Source: Mytilus trossulus (lineage: Eukaryota). Taken from it: a DNA stretch of 64,000 nt. Under the pieces are notes generated by a model that saw only the letters and a list, made by a program, of their open reading frames with translations, had not been told where the DNA came from and did no database searches. Position 1 is the first letter of the stretch; each line of letters opens with the position of its first letter. The DNA lies in the NCBI RefSeq assembly GCF_036588685.1, contig NC_086386.1:24800001-24864000 (forward strand). The letters run 5' to 3'. A program made the translations under genes and the position numbers. Below are positions 52,938 to 64,000 of the stretch, one piece after another.

Positions 52938-54058
52938 AAATTAGATCTTTACGCCGACATAATTGTGTAAAATTAGATCTTTACGTCAACATAATTATGT
53001 AAAATTAGATCTTTACGCCGACATAATTATGTAGAGTTAGATCTTTACGCCGACATAATTATGTAAAATTAGATCTTTACGTCGACATAATTGTGTAAAG
53101 TTAGATCGTAAAGCCAACATAATTGTGTAAAGTTGGATCGTAAAGCCGACATAATTGTGTAAAATTAGATCGTAAAGCCAACATAATTGTGTAAAGTTGG
53201 ATCGTAAAGCCGACATAATTGTGTAAAGTTAGATCGTAAAGCCAACATAATTGTGTAAAGTTAGATCTTAAAGCCAACATAATTGTGTAAAGTTGGATCG
53301 TAAAGCCGACATAATTATGTAAAATTAGATCTTTACGTCGACATAATTGTGTAAAGTTAGATCGTAAAGCCAACATAATTGTGTAAAGTTGGATCGTAAA
53401 GACGACATAATTGTGTAAAGTTAGATCGTAAAGCCAACATAATTGTGTAAAGTTGGATTGTAAAGCCGACATAATTGTGTAAAGTTAGATCGTAAAGCCA
53501 ACATAATTATGTAAAATTAGATCTTTACGTCGACATGATTGTGTAAAGTTAGATCTTTACGTCGACATAATTATGTAAAATTAGATCTTTACGTCGACAT
53601 AATTGTGTAAAGTTAGATCGTAAAGCCAACATAATTGTGTAAAGTTGGATCGTAAAGCCGACATAATTGTGTAAAGTTAGATCGTAAAGCCAACATAATT
53701 GTGTAAAGTTGGATCGTAAAGCCGACATAATTGTGTAAAGTTAGATCGTAAAGCCAACATAATTGTGTAAAGTTAGATCGTAAAGCCAACATAATTGTGT
53801 AAAGTTGGATCGTAAAGCCGACATAATTGTGTAAAGTTAGATCGTAAAGCCAACATAATTGTGTAAAGTTGGATCGTAAAGCCGACATAATTGTGTAAAG
53901 TTAGATCGTAAAGCCAACATAATTGTGTAAAGTTAGATCGTAAAGCCAACATAATTGTGTAAAGTTGGATCGTAAAGCCGACATAATTGTGTAAAGTTAG
54001 ATCGTAAAGCCAACATAATTGTGTAAAGTTAGATCTTAAAGTCGACATAATTGTGTAA
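52938..54058. repeat. 32-bp minisatellite, about 35 copies, in intron 2 of the intact C1qDC gene
   Basis: Unit ACATAATTGTGTAAAGTT(A/G)GATCGTAAAGCC(A/G), head-to-tail with no spacers. Confidence 0.95.
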
Positions 54059-54949
54059 TTATAAACTAATTAGTATATTAGTCAAAACATCATACTATAT
54101 TTGTTGATTGGTAATACCGACATATACATTTTTGATTTTTATAAATGCGAACAAAACTATCCTGGCATATCAGAACTACGGATTCCTAATGCAGGTTCAT
54201 TTTTGTTTTTACACCAAGAAGAAATAATAGGACTCTAAATTAAAGACGACCATCAGTTTTATTGTTATACATTTACATTACTGTCATTTAGCTGTTTATA
54301 TAACACCGTAATCAAATGTTAATTATTGCCGTAACTATATTCCTATTTATAATACGTATGACATCATTGTTATTCGATGCTATCATAACGAAACTGTAAG
54401 CTTATGAATATTTACAGGCTGCTACATGATAAAACGGTTTCGACCTTTGCCTTCGACCAAAAGATTTTATGACTTGAATAATATGGTCTTTGTTTAATTA
54501 CGCAATGTACGTAAACTTATTTTAAACTTGTAACAAACCCGTTTTCGAAATACAAAAGACAAATCGAATATTCCCGTGAAGATTGAATACATGTAGTAAT
54601 GTATATGTTAAAAAACATTAACAATTTATCGTATGAACAACCAATGAAATCTAGCGCCATGCATTAGTTGATGGAGAAAATGGTGAACCAAGGCAAACGT
54701 TAACTATCATGGTTTAACAAGGATGGTCGAAGTGAACTTTGTGCAAGACTCGTTTTAAAGTTATTTTAGTGGCTGATCCGTCTAAAGTTATTTGTTTTGC
54801 AGCCACAAAATAATCCTATGACAAGCTGTCTTCTTGTTACGTTAATGAGAGTCGTATTTTTTAGTCAGATTAAGCAACTGGATCTTCTTGAAACACTTTT
54901 CGCTATCAATGTATACATATTTGTAAATTTTTGTCAATTAAATTCTTAC

Positions 54950-55004
54950 CAGTACTTGCAAGACACATCGACACAAACAAGATCCCTGTTAGAATAGTAG
55001 TCAT
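54950..55004 (-). CDS. C1qDC gene, exon 2 coding part (signal peptide)
   Basis: Exon 55033-54950 bounded by ttcttgcag| and G|GTAAGA; ATG at 55004; MTTILTGILFVSMCLAST plus G, which joins CT of exon 3 to give Ala. Confidence 0.85.
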
Positions 55005-55485
55005 TATAATTGTCTTTGAAGTTGATAACTTATCTGCAAGAAAGAAAATTACATAAATAATATGTATATGATTCTTAAATAGATAAATGTCACAAGGAAA
55101 CCATCGTACATGCATATGTTTAAACATGCATTCATCACAGTCAGTAAAAAAGTATAAACACAAATATCGAACTAAAAAATAAATTTAGAAAAATAAAGAA
55201 GTTCGTAAAACCTTACCAAATCAAAAACTTGGTTATATCAAACAACGGAACAAGCGTAAACTATATGTCAACTCTTCGATTTAAGACGTTCGAAATGAAG
55301 TTAATTCAAAATTTTAAATAGATGTGCCAAATCTATCAATGTAAATCTAATGTAAAGGAAAAAACAAGTAAAGGTGAACAAAATATTGTTTAATACAACT
55401 TATTTTCTGAAATAAATACTCACTCAATATGTAAGTCCTTGTAATTTCAACTGTAGCAACTATTAAAGGAAACACAAACACTTAC

Positions 55486-55585
55486 CTTTATGATGAATAT
55501 ACGGCTCTGCTGTTACAACTCTGAAGTTGAAGTTTTGTCAATCAAAGGTGTATGGAAATATGTTTAAGAAGCAACAGTTTATATA
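55486..55585 (-). promoter_or_regulatory. TATA box and non-coding exon 1 of the intact C1qDC gene
   Basis: TATATAAA at 55585-55578, about 70 nt of ATG-free exon, donor AAG|GTAAGT at 55486/55485; conserved in the left arm. Confidence 0.7.
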
Positions 55586-58500
55586 CCCTAAATCGCTGTC
55601 ATAAATATTCATTTTTCGTACACATCAAATGAAACAAACAGGATGCAATTGTTTACAATTAAAAAAATGTTATAGAAATGTTAATGCATAGGAAGCATTT
55701 TAAGATGTTTATCAGTAAAGTTGTCTTTTCTTCTAAACCAAGTGAAAAGCATTGCTTTACACCAAACGATGCTATCATGTATCTTGAAAATACCACAAAT
55801 GAACATTTAAAGGTAAAGATGTTCTAACATAAATTATATGTAGATTTTCAAATAGAGAAGGGGTAATACCTTTGATTGACATCTTAATGTGCCCTGTTTA
55901 ATTTGTAGTAATGTTGTTGTTTTTTTGAATCGCAGTATTCTTCCTGTTTTACCTTTATCTTCTTTTGAAAAAGACATCATCAAAACATCTCGATCAATAA
56001 ACACTTTTCTTATGGTTAATGATAAAATAAAATTCTTAATAATGACCAGTTCATACGATACAAAAATCCAGGTCGTGGAGTCTCACCTAATTAGATTATC
56101 AAATTTAATGCGAAGTTTAGCAATATAACAATATCGTTTACTAATTGATGATTTTTTTTAATTATGATTTGTTCAAAAAGAATCAACGGTAATTGAAGAC
56201 ATTTCAAACTCATAAACCGTGATACACAGGGAACTTAGCGACATACAATTAACAGCGTCAAAAGCACGAACAAGTTATAAAAAGTATAGAGGAAACTTAA
56301 GACTGAGCAAAACAAGCCCTACTAAGTAAAAGGCTGATCTGGGTAAAGAGCCTGTTAATATAAAAAGATAACTACATTCATAAATTTATAGGTTTATCAC
56401 TCATCAATCTGATCCGCATTTTATTTTTAAAGGTGAACCTCAATTCTAAACTGCAGCTCCAGAAACGGATGGCCCCCTTTTGTTTTGATTTATTTAAAAA
56501 AAATGAAAAAAAAACACAAAAATTAAAAAAAAAAAAATTTCCTTAAACAATACTTCAAGTCTTCTTTTTGCAATATTCCTTTATGAAATGTATAGTATTT
56601 TTCAAAGTTAAACATAGTATTTAAAAAAAATACAAACAATAACAATTGTCCATGTATAAGGTATCAGCATTAAGGGTTTACTCATTCATATATACTTTAA
56701 TCATCGAAAAATGAACACATATTATTATGATGATATTTAAATGGCAAGAACTAAATTTAGAATATTTACTTCAAGATTTATCGTGAGTATTACAAATGAA
56801 AATTTAGATAAGAATTGTTTGACAATTAAGTGAGAACTTTCTATACGTTTGTTGAAGTTGGAGCAAGTAGGATAAAAACACTTTCAACAGGGGTTAAATT
56901 ATTTTAATCAATCTACCTCATCAAGGACCACCTATTTGTGAAGAGCTTTTTGTAAAACACGAAAGTCATATGCTCCTCTTATTGGTTTTTAACGTTGGCA
57001 ATATATATTGATTGATAGATGGACCAACACTGATTAAAGGGCTAATTGAACGAAGACACTATGATAGTTATAAATATATTTAAGAGATTTTTTCTCCCCC
57101 TCTTCGCCACCTCCACCTCCTACTCCGCTCCTACTCTTCTTCGTCATTATCGCAATGTTAGAGTATATTAATCTGAATACGAATATAATAATTAAAAGTT
57201 CTGTTTATAAACTTGTTGGTACCCCTAATGTAAGCTATGCAAATGTGCATTGATTTCAACGTGAACACCATCATAAGTACTTGTAGGTTTTACTTGCCTG
57301 TGAATTCTAGCTTGAAAATCATGATGTGCTCAAAGGCAAATATTTTCATATTATTCCTCAGGTTAAATGAAACCCTCTCACTCCCCCCAAAAAAAAATTC
57401 AAAAAAGAAAGGATACCCGTATAACAACCTATATGTTTTTTTTTATTATCTTACATTTTTATATCATTGTGGTTTATGTTTATAACTGAAAAATATAGTC
57501 CCCTAAACACATTTTACTTTCGCACAATCATACATGAACAATACTTCTGTTAAAAAAATAAACAAAAGCAATCCTTTGAAGCAAATCATTATGTTCAGTG
57601 GATATTATTATGTGTACTCTAAATACATTGATTGTATTTAATTAATATATCACATATTTTCTAATATGGTTCGTCATTTAAAGAATTCGTTGCTCAGATT
57701 AACGAACAGTTGTTTCTATGTGAAGAAACAAATGTTTGGAATAACTGAGGTAAAAACATTATTATTATTGATGATTAAACGAAAATTTTAGAGAATTGTC
57801 CGCAGAACAGCTACAAAACAACAGTTAAAAAAAATCATACGATTCGATGAACTATCATTCAAAAAAAAATAAACCTCCCAATTATCTTTCTTTCATTACA
57901 AGATTTTGATGTATTAGAGGCAATTAATAACCATACCAACATACATGTTTTATCACCCCAATATTGTATATAGTTTTTTAATATTTGTGCATGTTTAACA
58001 AAAACCAAAGCTGATTAATACGCCTATGATATAATTCACGTCACGGAATACTAAGAACATATTACGAAAGCAATACACAGTGCCCAACTTTACTTGGACT
58101 TTAGGGTGGTTTATTTTCTGATTATAGGTTGCATTCGACTAGATATAGAAAATGTCTGATAGGAACTCGTTTTACTTCTAATATATAAGGCCGGTTTTAT
58201 TAAAACATGAAGTGTGTCAACGAAATATACTTTTGTTTCAAATGATATTGAAAACTAAGGAAATCTGTATAATACCCTTTCCTGCCCTTTTTGGTAATAT
58301 TTATTTACATTCATAATATAATTTTACAATTTTACATCACATCTCATATTTTTTACAGAAATGCCCTTATCGACAATGAGCTATTATAGACAAATAAATG
58401 GTAAATTTGACTATTTGCCGGTAGTATATGTAAGAACGTTTATCATTTAGGTATCAATAAACTTATTTTCAATTAGTAACAAAAACTATATGTGTATATG

Positions 58501-59954
58501 AGAGTTCTTGCATACTTTGCACTTAATCACACCCTTTTGTTTTTGTTTTTGACACAGGATTGTTACGTTAATTCGATATGCGATTCATAACTTTACACCA
58601 ATCATCCTCCACATCGCTATTTCCTTGCCATTCAAGTAGAATTTTGAGGACTGGTTTTCGAAAAATCATTTGAAATGAAGATAACGAATTACATTGGGGA
58701 GGCCATATTTTTTCATGTTTTCCGAAGTAACTAATTTAAATTGCAAAATAAAGTTATTACAAAAATAAGTCAGCTTTTCATGTAAGTAATAATTTCGTTT
58801 TAATCTATCATGTTGAAGGCGTTCACGCAAGTTAAAAAACATTGATATATTTAAGGCATGAAGAAAAAAGTAAAAATATAAAAATACTAAACTCCGAGGA
58901 AAATTCAATCGGATATCCCTAATCCATGGCAAAATCAAATGATATATACTTGAAACGAATTGACAACAATAGTCATATTACTGACTAGGTACAGAGATGG
59001 TCAAATAAAGAAAATGATGAATTGTACCTGTTTTTTTAGCGCTAAAAATCTTAATTTAACGACAGTCACATCAAGTTCTAGAATAAAAATATGTTAACGA
59101 ACAAATCATAACCGGATTTACCTTTGAAGGACTAAGTAATGAAAAATAAAGTTGTTAAATGCCATCACACAAAATTGTCGAAAGATACCACTACCAAACA
59201 CTACTTCCTTCTTAATTTTATGTTTTATTCATTTGCATCTTAAAACTGATCGTATCACACGAAGCAAAGAAAATAAAAAGGGCATATCAGTTTTTTTTAA
59301 GCTGTTTATGATTGTTTAAAATGTACTTTTCATTCGAGATGAAAACATATGCACGCAAAATGGACGTACGATTGTTCAACATGATACAAGGGCGACTTTA
59401 TATTTATGATTGATGACTATATGTAAAATATAGTAGTGTGGATGGTATGAAATAATGATAAGATAGTTGTTTGATATTTGTAAATAAAAAAATGTCACTA
59501 ATAATATATCTCAACATTTGTTTGGCAAAAACTAGACTGCAAGATTAATTTGATTGCAGTAATAAATTTTTGAAAAAGGTATTCCCAAAATACTGGCTTC
59601 AGATGTAAGTCTGAAAGTTCTATTAAAAGCATTGTTAATATTCATAACATAAACTAATCTGGAAATGTAATTACATTGAGGGGTCAAGCTTTCCAACACA
59701 TTTATTGAATAAGTCAATTAGTAAAGATAAAACTGAACCATCAAATGTTGTTAGTAAATGGATATGTAGTTTACAAATTAACGAGAACCTTAGTATTAAC
59801 CAAATTTATTTACGAGATATAAGTTGAAAATATATAGATGTAAACTTTAACAATTCATATAACCAAAAACACTTATTTTTTAAATGGAAACAGAATAATA
59901 CATACGGTCTATGTAAAGTACATGGCAAGCCGTTTTGTTATTTATTCGTACTTA

Positions 59955-60430
59955 AAGATATCTCATTAACTTTATAAGATATCTTATATAGTTTATAAGA
60001 TATCTTATATAATATATAAGATATCTCATATAATATATAAGATTTCTCATATAATATATAAGATATCTTATATAGTTTATGAGATATCTCATATAGTTTA
60101 TAAGAAAGCTTATATAGTTTATAAGATATCTTATATTGATTTTTATAAGATATCTTATATAGTTTATAAGATATCTTATATAATTCATAAGATATCTCAT
60201 ATGATTTATCAGATAAATTATATAGTTGTCTTTATAAGATATCTCATAAACTATATAAGATATCTTATAAACTTTTTTAGATATCTTATAAACTATATAA
60301 GATATCTTATAAACTATATAAGATATCGTATATAGAAATTGTCTATAAGATATCTCAAATACTTTTTAAGATATCTTTTAATCTTTAGAAGATATCTATA
60401 AAGTTTATAAGATATCTTATATCTTATAAG
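59955..60430. repeat. ~21-bp tandem repeat with a palindromic core, in two oppositely oriented blocks
   Basis: ATAAGATATCTTAT-ATAGTTT units to about 60200, then AAACTAT-ATAAGATATCTTAT units from about 60234. Confidence 0.85.
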
Positions 60431-61899
60431 TTTTTTTTCTAAATTTGGAAAAGAATTTATGAGTTTTTGATAAATCAAATTTAAATGTTACAGTAACGTC
60501 AAAGCAACTAACCCTACGATTAAAAAAAATTGACAAAAATTATTTTGGTTTGATTTATTTACTAACAATTTTAGGTTTTGCTATATACAAATCATACTGT
60601 GTATATAATCAGAAATTGATAAATATAAATGTTGATAATTTTTTTCGTCAATAATACATTAAAAGATATAACGAAAACAGAACAATGAAATACAATCCAT
60701 AGTAGTCGATAAAAAGAAGTCTAGACGGTTGAATTGATTAAAACATAATGCAATAAAATGTTGTACAATTGTATTTCAAGAAATTTGTTCATATAATATA
60801 TACATTTATCATACATTTAGTAGTAAATACAGTAGTTTTGAATATTTGATAAATAGCCTGCTGTTTAATCCATATCGCGCAACTTTGATGCGCACCCTTT
60901 ATCATACCCTTTATCATATAAGGTGATACAGTCTGATTAGTCAGACACTGGACATGTGCAATGTGGTAAATCTGTTAACGGTATTTCATTGGTTATAAAT
61001 ACTATTTAATGACTGCTTCGTGGTTCCTTCCAGTATGATTCTGGGGGAAATGAAGGCCTTATTAACGTTTGATTGGCTTTTGTTGAGTGATATCCATTAT
61101 ATGTCAACGCGTCCATATGTCGTGTCGGATACAAATCATGATGTAGGTCATCGATATAAAAGAGGGACGAAAGATACCAAAGGGACAGTCAAACTCATAA
61201 ATCCAAAACAAACTGACAACGCCATGAATAAAAATGAAACAGACAAACAGTAAAACAATAGTAAACATGACACAACATACATTAAAGAATAATCAACACG
61301 AACCCAACCAGAAACTAGGGGTTACCTCAGGTGCTCCGGAAGGGTAAGCAGGGTAATCCGGAAGGGTATATAAATTATAAAGAAGTGTTCATTTGCTCTC
61401 GTAAAGAGCTTTAATGTTAATTAACGAAGCACTGTCAATGTGGGTGCAATTAATTACAACAATATACCTGTGCGATAATGAAATAATGCAATATTCTATA
61501 ATTATGTTGTAAATTTGTTACGAGTCTGTATATTTATGTATCATTGATATTCTGCAAAAATAAAACACTAATACACATTGTCTACACTTAACAATGTGTA
61601 TTCAAACGGTTGTATGATTGGGATACTTTGGTGTTAGATTTTCCTCGTTATCTCAGATTTAAAATAGAAAATACACAAACCGTATGCTCTATGAATAAAA
61701 ATGATAACCATTTATTTTTATTGCTTGGACATATTGATTAGAAAATGTTAAAATCACGGAATTTCCGAAGATGTCAATTCGTTTCTTACGCTTTCACCGC
61801 TTGGTTGATTTCTGGTGTAAATAAACAAATCCTACAATACAAAACAACTGACAGATTAGAAGAATACAAAACCTACTAGGTGAGCAATATGGTTTCTTG

Positions 61900-62450
61900 T
61901 ATGCAAAGAAGCCTACACCAAGTATCACGGTATATTTATTGGTAAGGGTTTCAATTCACAAAAGTGTCAGCTGTTTCAATAATAGCTTTTTACAATGTAC
62001 AGTTCATGACCCCTCTAGCATGTCTAGCTGGACGTCCACAACTATAGATGATATTATTATTGAAGGCAGCAATTTATATATTTCCTTCAAAACCAAATAC
62101 TTGAAATATAGCGAGCTCCAAAAAGATGTTCGCATGTGAGGTAGACAGTTTGATGTACTCGTACATGATGATTGATTCTGTAGTCAGAGGCGAATTAAGA
62201 GGGCCCCGCCCCACACCCTTTTTCTGGGAATATTTGGTTGATCTGCCACTGGTTGTTGGACCTGGGACTATCATAGTATAAGAGTCCCAGTTTGAAAACA
62301 GTGGCGATCAGCAGTCATTATCAATTGATATATCAACAGCACTAAGAGTTGCATTTGATATGTCTGATTTCAATTTATTCACATCATCAGGTCCTACAAT
62401 TTTCTTTTTTTTTGGTGATGATAATTACTTTTTGGTTGATTAATGTATTA
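61900..62450 (+). pseudogene. Possible relic of a herpes-tegument-like (peptidase C76) cysteine protease domain
   Basis: SIHKSVSCFNNSFLQCT...SWTSTTIDDIIIEGSNLY...YLKYSEL, then STALRVAF...NYFLVD*C; a small insert at about 62185-62250. Pattern recognition only. Confidence 0.4.
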
Positions 62451-62881
62451 TGTAGGGAGTAACTAAAGCATTACTGGAGAAGTCGCCCCCCCCCCCCCCC
62501 CTAATTGTCCCAGCTGACCTAAGAGTCTGTCCCTCTTCAACTGTTGACGTTATACAACAATTAATTTTCCAGTGTTGCATCAGATTTTTTGTATCATAAA
62601 ATAAATTTTTACATGGAACATTTGTGATGTACAGTTAGTAATGGCGGAGATATTCATATTATAGCAATAAGGTGTATGCAAAGCACAATAATTAATAATA
62701 AATCAACTAATCATCTATGGATGGAAGCATACTGATAAGTTAAATTACTTTATTTTTCACACAGCATCGACATAGAGTGATAAGATTTAAATAACGATCA
62801 GAAGTCAAGAATTTTTATATTTCACTTGTTTGGGTAGATACATGTACATTATGTAACATAACACTTATCTTGACATTATAC

Positions 62882-63130
62882 AGTAAGTAAGTAAGTAAGT
62901 AAGCAAATAATTTATTATAGTGTCACGATCCAATATATATCATCATATACAATATAAAAAATCTTTAAAACCATATTAGATTCATGCCTTTAAGACATAT
63001 GAGACACTTTCATCCTTTTTCAACTGAAAAAAATATATACTATAATGTAAAAGAAATATTTAAATAATAAAACATGTACGCAAGTATGGGAAGTAAATAC
63101 AGCCCAGAAATTTGCGATATTAGAGCATTC
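62882..63130 (-). repeat. (GTAA)n tract, probably the 3' tail of a LINE on the minus strand
   Basis: Minus strand AATAAA followed by (TTAC)n. Confidence 0.4.
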
Positions 63131-63403
63131 TAATTTATCAATGAAATTATTGAATTATATAAGTATAAAAAAAAATCTTATTTTACGGAAGGTATAGGGA
63201 TGATGCGTTTATAATAGCTCATTCATCACGAGAAGAAATTGAGGAGTTTTTTTTAAATAGCAAATGATCATCACCCTTAATAAAGTTTACGTTTGAAATT
63301 TCAATCGAAGAAATAATTTTTCTCGATACAGTCGTACATAAAGGGTTGAGGTTCAGGAATACCGGTATCCTTGATATTACATGTAAGAGCTACACCAAAC
63401 CTA

Positions 63404-63574
63404 ACTAAATATCACTTCTCGTTATGAAATATAAATAAAGCTTTACGAAAACATTATAGAAAACTAGTTAGCAATGTGAAATGTAGGGAGCTATTTCCAA
63501 AACCACCAATGGTGGCGTAAAGTAGACATCGGAACTTAAAAGAAATACTGACTAGATCGGTAGTCAAAGCTTAG
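63404..63574 (+). pseudogene. C-terminus of a Penelope-like RT ORF
   Basis: One frame reads TKYHFSL*NINKALRKHYRKLVSNVKCRELFPKPPMVA*SRHRNLKEILTRSVVKA*, matching the PLE YH...KH...LF..PP.VAY.R..NL...L.RS motif. Confidence 0.6.
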
Positions 63575-63593
63575 TACAATATGAAGGATTGGG

Positions 63594-63693
63594 TCAGGAC
63601 CCCTGATGAAGCACCCACTCTTCATATGAGCCACGGAATATTATAGAGTTTGTCCTATTCTGTACTGCAGAAACACGATGTGTTGGGTCCTGG
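63594..63693 (+). ncRNA. Atypical type I hammerhead ribozyme with expanded stem II, family D
   Basis: Stem I UCAGGACCC/GGGUCCUGG; CUGAUGA 63603-63609; 60-nt stem II closed by GCA/UGC; GAAA 63670-63673; stem III ACAC-GAU-GUGU; GUU triplet; A.A mismatch at position 10.1/11.1. Confidence 0.7.
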
Positions 63694-63734
63694 AGAATAG
63701 GCAGACGTGGCTGATAGGTACTTCCAGACATTCA

Positions 63735-64000
63735 AAATGACACGTACATTTTAACACTTATAATCTGCTTAAAAGAAAAACAAACTTTTATGTTCTTTTC
63801 ATTTTCTTTACATGTATGGTTTCGTGTGATACGATCAGTTTTAAGACAAAAATTGAAAATTACATCAAAATAAGACTGAAGAAGTTTTTGGTACTAGTCT
63901 CATTTTTGACATGTATCAGAGACAGTATAGTTGGATTGCAATTACAAACTATTTTAATGACTGCCTCATTTTACAGAACTTAGTCATTCAAAAGAAAATC
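63735..64000 (+). repeat. Third, more diverged copy of the C1qDC far-upstream region
   Basis: Aligns with about 30286-30532 (TTCGTGTGATACGATCAGTTTTAAGAC is identical) and, inverted, with about 59115-59335. Confidence 0.75.

Larger units (their letters stand above)
47518..61018 (-). repeat. Right arm of the inverted segmental duplication
   Basis: See left arm. Longer because of arm-specific segments (50212-51588, 52938-54058, about 56335-57670, 59445-60886). Confidence 0.9.

Noticed and set aside
52938-54058. CRISPR-like array or repeat-protein ORFs (53101, 53613, 53773)
   Set aside because: Units are contiguous with no unique spacers, there are no cas genes, and the context is a eukaryotic intron; the ORFs are by-products of the 32-bp period.

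Overview
AT-rich, repeat-dense eukaryotic DNA. The repeat families and gene type suggest a bivalve, probably a Mytilus mussel (inference). The only host genes form a cluster of short secreted C1q-domain (C1qDC) genes: a terminal exon at 1448-1833 (+), an intact 3-exon gene at 51734-55585 (-, 143 aa), and its inverted twin at about 33252-36159 (+), which has lost almost the whole C1q domain. The last two lie in the arms of an old inverted duplication (about 30038-40278 vs 47518-61018). A further copy of the upstream region starts at about 63735, so the array probably continues past the window. The rest is decayed mobile DNA: a Ty3/Gypsy element, a Tx1/L1 LINE, a CR1/L2-group LINE, Penelope-like (PLE) fragments, an Academ relic, Kolobok, IS3EU-type and Helentron/HINE-type non-autonomous elements, and minisatellites. 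The strongest non-coding signal is a set of type I hammerhead ribozymes in four sequence families: a 357-nt retrozyme-type repeat, two PLE-type families (one as a back-to-back pair in a 340-bp inverted repeat), and an atypical hammerhead at 63594-63712 with a 60-nt stem II insert that can pair with its own 3' flank, just after a PLE-like RT C-terminus with no GIY-YIG endonuclease following. All alignments and folds were done by eye; repeat boundaries are approximate unless a TSD or TIR is given.
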